A stretch of 64,000 bases of DNA from a virus (taxonomy: Duplodnaviria; Caudoviricetes): positions 64,001 to 128,000 of the IMG/VR virus record IMGVR_UViG_3300028833_000067; one strand, 5' to 3'. Shown here piece by piece: positions 30,867 to 44,959 of this stretch (the stretch's first letter is position 1; every line of letters starts with the position of its first letter). The position numbers and the translations under genes are program-made. The notes beneath the pieces were generated by a model. The model saw only the letters and a list, made by a program, of their open reading frames with translations. It searched no databases and had not been told where the DNA came from.

Positions 30867-31518
30867 ATGAAATTATATTCTGTATTTATGACTTGGGCGG
30901 CCGCGAGATTATGCAACTCAGGTTTCCCGATACTCCATATGGGACGAAATCAAAAGAATCCCAAATATATGGTGTATCAATTTGAAGATACACCACAATT
31001 ACGCGAGGCTTTTGCCGCGATATTAGCAGATGAGGTGGACAACCATGGCAGAGAAAGAACAAAAGAAAATGTGGATAGACCGACATGACCCTGGTCCAGC
31101 CAATTATATTAAGATAGGAGATGTAGATTTTTTTAGCGCATATAATCGTTTGACTTATGTAGGAGTAGGGGTTTATGCCTACATATGTTGCCAAGTACCT
31201 AATAGTTATGATGGTAAGAAGAATGTAAAGAATAATCGCCCGCGGCCGTTCGAGCTTTCGCCGCAGGCAATAGCTAACTTTACTGGTATGCCTTATTCTT
31301 CCGCGAAAAAAGGTATTGATGATTTAGTAAATAGCGGTTATATTTATTGCTTAGACCCAAAATTACATTTATATCAATTTATTGATGTACTACCAGAAGA
31401 TAAAGGACAAACAATGGCAGAACATGAATTAGTAAAAGAATATAACTTAGAAGATAGTTTGGCGCAGTTGCAGCAGAAGCGCGATGAGCAATTGCATGAA
31501 ATTGCAAAAAGAATGTGA
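30867..31518 (+). CDS. Hypothetical protein 30867-31088 and winged-HTH protein ~31045-31518
   Basis: The second resembles 30385-30681 (LSPQAIANFTGMPYSSAKKGIDDLVNSGYI). Confidence 0.7.
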
Positions 31519-31530
31519 GGTGTATTTATT

Positions 31531-32286
31531 ATGGAAGAAAAGAAATATACAATTTATAAATTTACTTTTTCTGATGGAAAAGTTTATATAGGATAGACAA
31601 GTTAGCCAGTAGAAGATAGATGGAATCACGGTGAAGGTTATAAAGGACAAGAAGTATATGTACCTATTATATTAGATGGGTGGAATAATGTATAGAAAGA
31701 AATCTTACATACGGGATTAACATCTGAATAGGCAGATAAGTTAGAAAAATATTATATTAAAAAATTCAATAGCCAAGTCCAAGGTTACAATAGGACTGAG
31801 GGTGGAAAAAAGGCCACCAAAACTCGAAGTATAACTCCAATCATTAGTTTTGAACGAATGATAGAATTAGAAAAAACTATTATAGAAAAATTACCAATGC
31901 TGATAAGTAATTCTCCTAATAAAATACTAACTTTTAAAGAATTGCGTGAACTGGCAGAAACAAAGCCATTAGAACAAGTAATTTATTAGAGTCATATGCT
32001 AGGTGAAGCGTGCTGGTTAACAACCGCTGAAAAAGCCGCTAATAGTATTGATGTATGCTTAGGAAGTACTGATTCCTATACTCTTGATTATTTAGCACAA
32101 TGGCGTATCTGGAGCGGTAATCCTGATGTTATAACAGCTATTAGCACGCCATGGTTAATATCTACTGATGTAATAGAATATAATAGTTATTTTATTAAAG
32201 ATAAAAAAGTTATACAATTTTATAAAAAATATAACAGATGGCCAAGTACGCAAGATACTGGTTTTAGAGAATCTATTTACAATTAA
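31531..32286 (+). CDS. GIY-YIG endonuclease domain protein (TAG=Gln)
   Basis: IYKFT..GKVYIG(TAG)T..RW..LEKYYI..GYN. Confidence 0.8.
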
Positions 32287-32325
32287 GTATAAAGGTAGTA
32301 TTTCGCTACCATTTCAGGAGGAAAC

Positions 32326-35300
32326 ATGATAAATTTTATTCAACATAACCCCATACATGCAATATCTATGCAATATAATGGATTTAATGCACAAGAAATA
32401 ATAGATTTCATCGGTGAAGACATTGCAGAATATCATGAACCAACTAAGACAATTACAATCTACCGTAATAGTTCAGTATATTCATTTTTAGAACCAGGAG
32501 ATTATGTAGTACGTAATAAAGCAGGATGGCCGCGTGGTTATAAAGCAGATGAATATATGTATCTTTTTGATGAATTAAATTTACCAGAAGATATAGAATG
32601 GAAACAAGAATGGAATGAGATTCCATCTAAATTTATATAATATAATATTTTGCGCCCAACGGCGCAAAAAGGGCTTCGCCCGATAATGAAAGGAGTATAA
32701 AATGAATTTTAGTATTATAATTGGAATCAGCTTTGCTATATCAATCGCGCAATTCTTACTACTATGGCTTCCATTCTATCTGGACCTTTCCTATTATACT
32801 GATTATGGTAACGATTTAATTTGTATTTCTAATAATCACACCTTCAATTGGTTCTTTACCTACTTTTTCCCAGCTCATGCTACTATATATGAAAATCTAT
32901 GTGAACGCATCAATAATAATGGACTTGCAATACTACTTCTCCTTCTATCTCTAATAACATTACCTACCATTATTCTAATGTCTCTAATTGGCGCAATTGT
33001 GCTTACTATTCGACTGCTTTGGCAGCGCTTTTGTAAAACATTTTCGCGCCAAGATGAAAAGAATATTGACATATCTGACACTTCTAAATAATTGACATTT
33101 TCTAAAATTATGATATAATAATAATAAAGAAAGGAGATAAATATGCATAAATATCAAGAAATATATGAGCAATGTGAAAATACAATCGGCTATGATGATA
33201 TGATTGAGCGCGTAGACGCAGATAACCCAAATCTCCTGCCCCGATATCTCGCAGAGAATTGTAAAATGCGTATTTATACTCTTTTTAGCGCCAAAGCGTA
33301 CGATGTCTATAGTGAATTATTTGACTTCCTCGATGGCAATGGCTTTATTATTGAATCCGTAATGCCAGGTATATTTAGAATAACACCAGTAATTAAAGAA
33401 AAAGGAAGTGTGTCCAAGTGATTACGGCCGCGGAAGCTTACACTGCTACTATTAACAACCACGAACTTAATTCAATTCGTACTCTAATTGCTAATGCGAT
33501 TCGTAGCGGCAATTGCGAATGCTATTATATGCGCCGCACCCTATCCAAGAAAACACGTATTGCCTTGCGGCGGCTCGGCTATCGAGTTTCTGGCGCCGCG
33601 CCATATATTATTAGTTGGAGAAAATAAAATGGATGAAGATATTGAATTTCTACGAAACTTCATAGAATACGATCGTTATCGTATTGCTGAATTAAGTGAT
33701 AGTCTTCCAAATTTAATGAGTATAATTGGACGTCTTCTACGTAGTCATGCTGCAGGCCCATTTAGTGTTGTATACCGTGATGAAAATGATTTAAAATATG
33801 AATTTATTCAACTATTAGACGGAAATAATTTTGAAGTAGATTATGGTTCTACTCGAATAGGGGTAGTATTTATTGGACAAATTACTCCACTTTATCCAGA
33901 AACGACTGCTACAGTTGAATCAAAAATTGAATTAACTGAATATATTCTAGATGAACCAGAAATAATAAATCCGCCACATAGGGGTTTGCGCGCGAAAATG
34001 CCTCTAATAAATGATATTACATTTGATGGAAGGCCATTGAGTGAACTTATAAAGCCACCTTAGTGTAGAAAGGAATAAGTAATGGATATTAGAGAGTGTG
34101 TTAAGTTCTATGATGACGATGATTTGTCGGAGTTAAAGATAAGATATCCAATACATGTAAAACTTTTAACGGAACTAGCTTCCCATAGACAAGATTATTT
34201 TATCGCGGATAAAATGGATGACTTGCTTGAATATGTAGATGGCAATGGTTTTTCCATTACTTATAATGCCTTTATGGATAAATATATTGTAAGGAGAGAG
34301 AAGACAAAATGAACTATAACAATGTATGGCATTTTGCCTATGGCAAACGCTATTATTTAACGCATCCTTGGAAGTGGATAAAAGAAGTTGGCTATAATAT
34401 TCGCGCCGCATGGCAGCGCGCAACTCGTGGCTGGACGTATATGGACGTATGGAGTATGGATACTTGGTTTCTCCATACTATTCCTCCAATGCTTCGTTAT
34501 CTAGCAGAAAATGGCCATACATTTCCAGGCGTTGAGCCGTTTGATGGCGAAGAAGGCCCACAGCGCTGGAAAGATTGGCTCATTGAAACCGCAGATTTGC
34601 TAGAAACTGGCCTTGAAGATTGGCAAGATAAACATAATGAGTATTATGAGGAATATATAAAGCATTTGATGGATGATTGGGAACTACCAGTCAAAGATGA
34701 AAATGGTTTTCTTGTTCATAAGCAGCGCGAATCTACTGAGCTTGATAAGAAATACTTTGCGCGCGCGAATGAACTAATGGACCAAGGCGAAAGAAATATT
34801 CATGAGGCTCTAAATAGGATTTCTCAATTTTTCTACTCCCTGTGGGATTAAGGAGGTGCGCGATGACAGCTAGATTAAAGCGCAATGGGCCGAAATTCCA
34901 TTGCTCGAATTGTATGATGGAGGTTCACCCGCGAGAGGGCCAACTTCCAATTTGTTGTGGATTTTGTTCCGCCGTATTTTCCAATTGGGAAGAAATCGCA
35001 ATTGAAGAATATAAAAAGGAATTGGAACATGCGCCAAATTATTTGAATTCTACTGGAGGTAATTAAATATGAAAATCGTTTACACTGAAAGATATACTGT
35101 ACTATCGCCGCTTATCCGTTCCCATTACTGTGCCTGTGGCAACCATTCGCCTCGACTTGTAGAACAGCTAGAACCATCTACTGAATATAAATGGCGCGTA
35201 GAGTGTCCAGAATGCTGCCGCGAAACCCCTATGTTTTCATCATCTTCCGAAGCAAAGAGAGCCTGGAGTGAAAATAACCTATGCTAACAATGTTTACAGC

Positions 35301-36557
35301 CTTAGAGGCTCGCGCAACAGCATATTTGGTATCATCCGAAGATTACTCACTCTATCAGCATATAGAGATTCGTATTCTTGATAGCGTACAACATGGTGGT
35401 ACTCATATTCTTTATGCTGGAAAAATTACAGAAGGCGTAATTAAGGCGCTACGAGCGCTTGGATATGAGGTTACGCATCTCTACTATGAGGGCACGGAAC
35501 GAATGATACGTATAGATTGGACTAATATTAGGTGCCCGGACAGCTTGATATGTCCGAAAGGAGAATTACAAGATGACTAGACAAGACATGATTGAAAATT
35601 TGGAATACTTGTGCGGCGGAATCAATGCGCTATATACCATATCTACTAAAGATAGTTCTTTTCAAGAACTACTTGATACTTGGGCTACACTTGCTGAAAG
35701 CGTATTAACCGCTTTGGAGGATGAAGAACGTGAAGACGTACGAAGAGGGAATGATTGAGGCTACTCAAATCATAAATAAAATTTATAGCCTAAGTGATAA
35801 AGAACGCAATATTTTATTTGGAAATAAAGGTTTTTCGGCCTTACTAGCCTCTTCACAAAATATCTTATCCTATAAGGATATTATAGAAAGAAAAGATGAG
35901 TTAATACATAAGTATGTAGAGGTTGGAGATGTACTTAGCCGCGACGGAGTTGAGTATGTAGTGACTTATGTATCGCCGGATAATAAATTCGATATAATTA
36001 CTGTAAATGGGCCTCTTAAAGGAAGCGTTATGAAAGATTTAGATTTTGATGCCTTCGGCGCCGAAAGGACTGAAGACAAATTATATAAAATAGATTTACG
36101 GAGGTATTCTTGGGAATGAGTAAGTTTTTGAACAAAGAAGAAGTACAGGCACTAACTAGAGAAAATAAGGATAGTCGGATGCTAATGCAGCAGGAGCGTA
36201 TTGCTGAAACCATTAATAGCGCCGCTTGTAAGGGATTTTATAACTGTGTAATTAAGGGAATTATTTGGCCTAGAATTCGTGACGAACTACTAGAGCTTGG
36301 GTATACCGTAAAGTTTGATAATACTAATACCATTATTAGTTGGGAGGATAATTCAAATGCCGCGGACGCTTGAAGAGCTAGCTGAAATGCTGTCAAAACG
36401 GGATGGAATTAGTTTTGAAGAAGAAATGGCGGCGATAAGAGATACCGCCGCGGAATTGGAAGCGGCCTTCTATGATGGAAATTTGAATCTTGCAGAAGAT
36501 ATTTTGCGGGAGGATTTGGGATTGGAACCGGAATTTTTGGATTTATTTATTTTTTAA
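32326..36557 (+). CDS. Run of small hypothetical genes starting at about 32326, 32702, 33143, 33418, 33629, 34082, 34309, 34863, 35069, 35281, 35573, 35721, 36116, 36357
   Basis: Tightly packed, RBS-led and mostly TAG-free. Sigma-A promoter at about 33092. Zinc ribbons in 34863 and 35069. Confidence 0.75.
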
Positions 36558-36630
36558 AATAGAATAAAAATGATTAGTCAGACCTTTTTCTTAATACTCT
36601 TAAATAGAAGAATATTAAGGAGATGATAAT

Positions 36631-37677
36631 ATGACAGAATTATCTTATATTGATGGAATAGATTATAAAGGCCGAAAATATTAGAAAGCTATACCAAAAG
36701 AATGGCAATAGAAACGATATGCTAATAAAAAGTTTGGCAAATTATTTGTAGAATGTCCTGTGTATGTAAAAGGATTAGTTACTTAGCCAGATAGCACCAA
36801 TGCTATCTGGTTAACGCATTGTGATTGCGGAAACGATTATTGTATTAGTATGTAGTGGATTAGAAAAGAATTAAAAAAGAATCTTATTCCAGATTGCGGT
36901 TGTGGTGCACGTGAAGAGTAGGATAAAAAATATATAGGAAAAACTTATAATTATTTAACAGTAATTGCACGTGATGATGAATATAAAAAACAAGGACATT
37001 TTAGTAATACGAATACATATTATAAATGTCGATGTATTTGTGGTAATATAATTCCTGTACGAATTAATATTTTAACACATGGAGATGTGAAGTCATGTGG
37101 CTGCTTAAAAGAACAATAGGATAAGATTAATCTTATCCCTAAAGAAATGAATGATTTAACAGGATAGCGATTTGGACATTTAGTTGCATTATCCCCATTT
37201 AAAAATATTAATTATACAGGTAAAGAATATTGGTGGCATTGTCTTTGTGATTGCGGCAACTATACTGATGTACGAGGAACTTGTTTAACACGAGGAGATA
37301 CACAATCTTGCGGTTGTATAAAGATAAGCCGCGGAGAAGAATAGATTAAATAGTTATTAGAAGCTAATCATATTCATTATATATATAATACAGCATACTT
37401 TAAAGATTTAATTTTGCCTTCAGGATTTTTAGGCCGTTATGATTTTATATTGTTTGATAATAATAATTAGCCTTATCGTTTAATTGAATATGATGGACAA
37501 CAGCATTATTAGCCTATTGAACATTTTGGTGGAGAGGCAGATTTTAAAATTAGATAGCTTAATGATAATATAAAAAATAATTATGCTCATATGCATAATA
37601 TTCCTTTAATACGTATTCCATATACTATAACAGAAATTACTATAGAAACTTTATTAGGAGATAAATATTTAGTTTAA
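36631..37677 (+). CDS. Homing-endonuclease-like protein: three CxCG..SCGC repeats plus a Vsr/DUF559-like nuclease (TAG=Gln)
   Basis: HCDCGN, CICGN..SCGC, DLTG(TAG)RFG, SRGE, RYDF, IEYDGQQHY, IPLIRIPY. Confidence 0.8.
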
Positions 37678-37783
37678 ATTATTTTTAAAAAAATAAACAA
37701 TACTTTTTATTTCTCCCTCCTACTCAATATAAGAAGAAGTTTATACTTCTTCTTTATTTTTATATAAATGGGGGTGAATAACT

Positions 37784-39205
37784 ATGGAAGCAATAAAGCA
37801 ACAATTCATTTTACCTGTAACGCCATAGCAGACTGCTGTGAAATCATCAGTATACCCCTGGGAACGTACCAACTTATTTGTCTTATGCTAGCAACTTTAT
37901 TCACTTGCCGCAAAAACAGGATATTTAGGTACATTTGAAGAATTTAAGGCGCATTTTGGTGAATACTTAGAATCGGGCGAATCTATTATAGATTATGATA
38001 CTTATACAGGATAGTATGAAGTAACACCATTGCCTAATGTAGCATCAATTTTACGCACTCATAATAAAGTTCTTAAGCATGACGTAGTTATTCAACCTAT
38101 ACCATATTATGAAACAACAAATGAAGCAGGCGGTTATACCGTCATAATTGGATAAGGAGGAGATTTAAATGGCAAATCTATACAAGAATAAAGTTATTTA
38201 TGGCGGCGATGTACTAATTGACTTAACCTAGGACGATGTAACCGCTGCCGATGTAGCCTCGGGCAAGAAATTTCACTTACCTTCTGGCGCGACCGCAACT
38301 GGTACTAATACTTATGACGCCGATACATCGGATGCAACTGCGGTCGCCGCGGAAATTCTTAGCGACAAAACCGCATATAAAAATGGTACGAAGTTAACAG
38401 GTACTATGCCTAATCGAGGTGCGGTTACTGGCTCTATTACTACTGTTGCAGGTGAATATACAGTACCACAAGGTTATCATGATGGTAGCGGCAAGGTTGC
38501 TATCGCGGCGACAGAGCAGGCAAAACTAATTGCTACAAATATTCGTGAAGGTATTACTGTTTTAGGTGTTACTGGTACTATGAGTGGTAGTGAAGGTGTT
38601 AAAGCCACTGCCGCATCCGTTACTCCATATACTACTGCATAGACAATTACACCTGCGAGTTTAGGTGACTTTAATAGTATTACTCAAATCAATGTTGCCG
38701 CGATTGCTTATACAGAAAGTGATAATGCCGCAGGTGGTGTCACAGTTACAATTGGTACTGTTGCGCCAGCGTGAGGTGGTGAAGCATAATGGCAAATAAT
38801 CCTTATATAAATAAAATAAGTTATGGGGATTAGACCTTAATTGATTTGACTGCTGATACAGTTGCGGCAAACACATTATTAAGTGGATATACCGCGCACG
38901 ACGCTTCGGGCGCAATAGTTACTGGTACTATTTAGGCAAAAACATAGAATGATGTGACTATTGACGGCACTGAGGTTAATGTAATAGCAGGATATTATCC
39001 ATCTGTTAATAAGAATATAGATGGGATTTAGCTAACTGTTCCAGAAAGTAATACACATGATTTTTATATTGATTTTCCAGATACTATTGCGCCCGCGTCT
39101 GCTAGTGATTGGTCGCGTATTGTTTTTAGTGTGGATGATGAAGGGAATTCAACGGTGACGGATAGCTAGATGAATTTAATTGCGGCTGAGGAGGTATCTT
39201 TTTAA
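37784..39205 (+). CDS. Three tail-fibre-associated structural proteins: 37784-38155, 38169-38774, 38789-39205 (TAG=Gln)
   Basis: Strong RBS sites. Shared NKV/I.YG...LIDLT.D.V motif; Thr/Gly/Ala-rich. Confidence 0.7.
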
Positions 39206-41130
39206 TGAATGATATTTATACTTTATAGAAATCCACATTGGATGGATTAGGAGATGCTATGCGTAAGCATTTCGATACAACAGATACCTTTACGCCGCTG
39301 GAAATGATTGAAACATTAAATACGGCAGATACTAGTCTACTTGACATACAATTAAATAATAATTTGCATATTAATCCAACTACTGGAAAATGGGAGCGTC
39401 CCGAAACTTGGCCTGACATAGATGCCCTAGCCGCGGAATGCGATGGAGAAGAAGACTGCTTATATCTTACATATGATTTAACTGTTCACCCTGATTATCA
39501 CTGGATAGGGATATTTGTAAATATGTCAGAAGGAGACACTTGGTATTTAGATAGATATGATGAGGGTGAATTTACTCATACGCATCTATCTGCTTCAAAA
39601 AATGATAGAATAAGGTATGACTTAACTGAGGAACCGGATAATAGTACAGTATAGGTTTGGCGGTTAACTTCTAATGGACATATTAATCATTTTGGTTTTG
39701 TGCCAAATACCACGGTAGAAGCAGAAAACTTTGCCAATAACTTACAGCCCTGTGTTGACCGTGCGGGAATATTGCCTTGGTGTGTACGGGTAGGTCCTGC
39801 TGATAATTTCAGTGGCTATAGAGGTCCAAATAGCTATATTGGCACAACATTCTGGCTAGAACATGACGCCTTAACATTCGGAACAAAAGCAAGTGTTACT
39901 AGTTTACGCAATTTTTGGCTTGAAGCGAGACGGTTAGCCGTAATAGATACAAGTAATTGGAATACAAGTGGCTGGGCAGTTACAAGTTTAAATTCTACAT
40001 GGAAATCTTGTACTTCTTTAATAGAATTAGAATTAAATAATTTAGATACAAGTAATTGGGAAGTAAATAATATGGCGAATGCTTGGTCGGAATGTTTATC
40101 GCTACGACAATTGGATTTGAGTAATTGGAATACTTCCAACTGGTCTGTAGCGAATCTTTAGAGTACTTGGTTTCGCTGTTATAGCCTAAAAGAATTAGAT
40201 ATTAGTACTTGGGATACTTCGAATTGGGCGGTTACAACGATACAGGACTGCTGGAATTTCTGTTATAATTTAGAAAAATTAGATTTAAATAATTGGGATA
40301 CTTCCAATTGGCGAGTGTCAACATTAAATAGTACTTGGAATTAGTGTTATAGTTTAAAAAAATTAAATATAGACAACTGGAATGTTAGCAATTGGCCGAT
40401 AACTACCTTATCCTCGACTTGGAATGGTTGTCGATCGTTAAAACAACTAAATTTAAATAAATGGGATACTTCAAATTGGAAATTAACATCTCTACAGAAT
40501 GCTTGGTAGGAATGTTATAGTTTAAAACAATTAGACATTGATGAATGGAATACCGGGAATTGGCTACTAACTACTTTGTCAGGTACTTGGAGATATTGTT
40601 ATAGTTTATAGAAATTAGATTTAAATAGTTGGGATACTAGTAATTGGTCATTAACATCATTATATTCGACTTGGCAAGGTTGTTATTCATTACAAGAATT
40701 AAATATTAATGAATGGAATACACAAAATTGGGAAATACACGATATGCGTAATATAATTAATAGCTGTTATAATTTAAAAATCTTTGATATCGAAGACTGG
40801 GATATAACAAATTGGAGTAATATTAATTTTCAAAGTGCTTTCGAGAACACATGGGTGCTATAGATTTGTCGACTTCCATTAGGACTCCCAGTAACTTCTA
40901 ACTTTGGATATCCTAACGGTATGGCATTAATATATTATTCAGGATATGGTATTAATATTAATCATAATCTTTCGAGTACTAAATTAACAGCTGAATCCAT
41001 CCGATCTATTTTCAGCCGCTTACCAACCATCTCTAACTCATTAACAATTACTCTCGGCGCGGAAAATCTTCTCAAAGTAACCGCAGAAGACATCGCAGTT
41101 GCAACTAACAAAGGCTGGACAGTAGCATAA
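39205..41130 (+). CDS. 641-aa protein with about 10 tandem 28-aa BspA/DUF285-like leucine-rich repeats (TAG=Gln)
   Basis: Repeat L..LD/NL..WDTSNW.V..L..TW..CYS. One frame joins track ORFs 39238, 39700 and 40921. Confidence 0.8.
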
Positions 41131-41144
41131 GGAAGGTGATTTAA

Positions 41145-42596
41145 ATGGCAGATATAAATTTTGGCGTAAACCTAGTCCCTAAATTAGACAGTCTTTACAC
41201 ACTAGGAAACGCAAATTATAAATGGAATATATTCGCTAACTCTATTAATGGCACTTCAATTGCCAATGCCCTTCTACCTTCTGTTACTTCTAATAACAAT
41301 GGACAAATTCTAAAGGTTGATAACGGTGCTTGGACCGTAGGCGAAGCGCCCACCTCGCTTCCTGCTATTTCCGTACTAGACAACAATAGTATCTTATAGG
41401 TATAGAATGGCGGATGGGTTGTTGCGCCATTGAACGAAATGACTGGAGCTACTAGTTCTGCGAATGGAGAAGTTGGCTTAGTACCAGCACCAAATATGGG
41501 AGATTAGAATAAATATTTAAAAGCAGATGGAACTTGGGATACCAATGTAGTGTTTTTAGATTATAATGTAAGTACGTGGAATGATTTTCTTACCGCATAT
41601 AATGCAGGAAAAAGCATTTATTGTAAAGTACAAAACACTACTAATGAATGGAGAATTGTACCACTTACATATATTGATTTAAATGACGGAAATGCAGAAT
41701 TTAACTATTATAGATCAAGAGATATAACTAGTGGATATGCGCCAGATGAAGTACATGTATATAAACTTATGCGAAATAGTAATGCATGGGATACAACTGT
41801 TAGACTTATTAACTTTTCACTTGCGACTACCTCAGCACCAGGGTTACTAGAAGCGGCAGACAAAACTAAATTAAATAAAATTGATATTAGCAATAATCAT
41901 TTCTCTGTTCGTGGCGATATATATATGGAATGTGATGCTGAATTCCTTAATGGACAAAAAGTAGCTAGCGAAAATTATGTTGACACCGCTGTATCAAATG
42001 CTGTTATTTCAAGTGGTAGCGGAGTATCTACTCCAATGGTTGGTGCTTCTGCAAGTCTAGATGGCGCGACGGGTCTTGTTCCAGCACCACAAGCGGGAGA
42101 TTAGGATAAATTCCTCGCTGGTGATGGTACTTTTAAATCTGGTGGATTACCTATGGTTATTTTAAGTTATGGAAATTCTACTTGGAGTGATTTTATTAAT
42201 GCTTATAATAATAATGTTATTGTATATTGCCGCGCTTCATCTAATAGTAATCCCGCGAGCGGTAGTTAGACACGTATGGCATTTATGGCGTATGTAAATA
42301 ATGCATCTTCTCCGACAGAAGTAGAATTTCAATACTATCGTTCTGTTAGCTCGCATAGTGCTACGCAAATGGGCGACCAAGTATTTGTTTATAAATTAAA
42401 TAATAAAGGTACTTGGAGCGTTACGACTCGTGAAGCAAGTATTAAACAAATTAAAGTTGATAGTAACGATCCGGGCACTGTATCTTGGAGCGGTAATGTT
42501 GTTACTCTTAAAAGTGGTCTTCCCAAGGTTTCATCTGCGGATGAAGGAAAAATATTAAAGGTAGTAAATGGCGTCTGGACCGCCGTTGATCCATAA
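41145..42596 (+). CDS. Tail-fibre-like protein, 483 aa (TAG=Gln)
   Basis: LP.V....G.ILKV.NG.W and GLVPAP..GD(TAG).K repeats; internally duplicated domain. Confidence 0.75.
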
Positions 42597-42610
42597 ATGA
42601 GGTGAATTAA

Positions 42611-43323
42611 ATGACAAACGTATATTTCGTCGATCAAGTACAACATAACAAAACTAACGATACTTGGACTAAAGGTGTCGTAATAAAATCTGATCCAGAA
42701 AAAGATAATGAAGCTGAGGCTTTACAAGCATACCATTCTTATCTTGGCGCCTATGCCTATGGCCACGCGCCTGACATTGATTATGTATATTGTCGCTTAA
42801 CTGCTGCTAATAATGTACGTGAGCCAATGGAAGAAGAATGGGAAGCTTTAACTTAACATAGAGGTGATACACTATGGAAAATAAATTCTTCTTACATCGT
42901 ATTCGTAAAGAGGGCGATACTTATACTAAGGGCATTGAAGTACACGATACTCTCGATGCCGCTATCCAAGCCTTCCATTCTCAAATGAAAATGGGATATA
43001 ATAATCCATCTTACCCTAATATGAAATATATTTCTTGTATGGTAACTGATGAACAGGATAATGTTGTGGAAGACTATAATGAGGCTTGGAGTAAAGAAGT
43101 TATAACTGATTTTTTCGTTCATTATATTCGCCATGATGGAGATGCCTACACAAAAGGAATTGATATATATACAGATTATAATGACGCAATTCGTGCGTTT
43201 CATACTCAATTGGAGTACGGTTATGGTAATAGTAAATATGCTAATATAAGCTTCGTTTCCAGCAAAATAACTGGCGGTTCTGGCGTAGAACATCGTGCGG
43301 AAGCTTGGACTAAATCTGAATAA
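42611..43323 (+). CDS. Two related hypothetical proteins (42611-42856 single domain; 42874-43323 tandem duplication)
   Basis: Shared TKG(I/V)..A..A(F/Y)H motif. Terminator at about 43325-43355. Confidence 0.75.
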
Positions 43324-43546
43324 TAATAGCGGCAGAAATGCCGCTATTTTTTTATTTGACTTTCTTCAAATTTATGCTATAATAATTATAGAAAATAGAA
43401 AAGGAGCATAATATGTGTTTTAGGAAATTATGGCATAGGCGTTGCCGCCATAGGTGGACTGTACTTTATCGCGGGAGAATGCAATCTTTATATCATTGTA
43501 TGTATTGTAATAAAGAACGATGGATGAAAACTAATTAAGAGGAAAA

Positions 43547-44241
43547 ATGAATACTGATAAAATTATAGATTGGTGCCTTATTGGCACATATGCAACTATC
43601 ATAGTTCTTCGATTATTTAAGGTAATAAATTTAGAATGGTGGTTAATTTTTTCTCCATTTATAATAATTGGGACTTGTAGTATTAGTATAATAGTATTAG
43701 TAACCATTTTGGCGCTTTGCACAAATCTTTATAAAAAAATTAAAAATAAAAGAGGTACAAAATGAAAGGTATTAAGATGTCTGATTGTCGGTTTTATGTA
43801 AATGAGGCCGAAAGAACGGTTGTTTGTGTAATTCCACAGTTTGTTGAAGAAGGAAACTGGCGTAATTTTACCAGTGATATGGTAACTGATTTTATTTCAG
43901 ATAATTTTACGTTTCCAGAAATTGATTTTGATTATGCAATGGAATCAAAGCTAAAAGATAAGCTAAAAATGCCCAATACATTTATGGGCAAAGCAGTTTG
44001 TTCACCAGATGACGAATGGAATGAAGAAGTCGGTAAGATGATTGCGTTTTCTCGCGCGAAAGACAAGTGCTATAAGAGCTTTTTTAGACGCGCAAATCAC
44101 TTTATACAGACCATTGACCGGCGGCTTAATGATATGATTGAATGTTTTAATAATTTTGGTCTACAACTTGAAGATAAGCATCTCCGTCTGGAAAATAAAA
44201 TCAATGAACTAGTAGATAAAAAAGAAAGTGGGGATGCTTAA
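43547..44241 (+). CDS. Membrane protein 43547-43765 and hypothetical protein 43762-44241
   Basis: Sigma-A promoter at about 43356-43383; track ORFs intact. Confidence 0.75.
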
Positions 44242-44882
44242 AGCATCCCCTTTATTGTTTCTAATGCATTTGCCACTATATCCCTTACTCGCTCTAAATT
44301 AGTTTCCTATTTAATTTCCAATTTCTTTAATGTCGTATGCGGATAATAGAAACTTAATATTTCCCGATAATCTACCCCATGCGCGCCAGCGTATTTACAT
44401 CCTGCCTAACTAAGACCAATACCATGCCCGTTTTTTCTTTCTCCTGAAGCTTCTGTCCACTTGTCTTTTCGGGCAATTAAATATGGGCGCTTACTGCCCC
44501 AGACTTCTTCACAAGAGTAGGTTCGGCCGCCATTAGAATGAGAGAAGTAGGCACCAATATATTTTCCACCATAAGTAAGCACTTCTCCCGCGGTAGCTTC
44601 AACAGCTTTATTACAATTTTCATAATTATTTCTCTCGGCGCGAAAAGCCTATGCTTTTGAGGCGCTATCACTAATTATTTTGCCGCTAAGAACTCCACGC
44701 GCAACCGCAAAAGTTCTCGCGGCAACAGCCTAGGCTTTACATGCTTCAATTGAAGCATTACCAATTTCAGAAGCAACTACGCATTTAATATAATCTTCTA
44801 ATTCAATTTCTTTAATAGTATCTTTTTTACACCCATAATATTTCATATTCCCAGCTGTTGTGATTTTGACTTTAATTTTCAT
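44238..44882 (-). CDS. SpoIID/LytB-family peptidoglycan lytic transglycosylase, 214 aa (TAG=Gln)
   Basis: LEDYIKCVVASEI..EACKA(TAG)AVAARTFA and GHGIGLS(TAG)AG..YREILSFYY. Confidence 0.85.
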
Positions 44883-44959
44883 ATACATCACCTCATTGTA
44901 TAAGTATTTGACTTATATTAAAATTATGGTATAATTTTGTTATAGAAAGGAATGAGATT

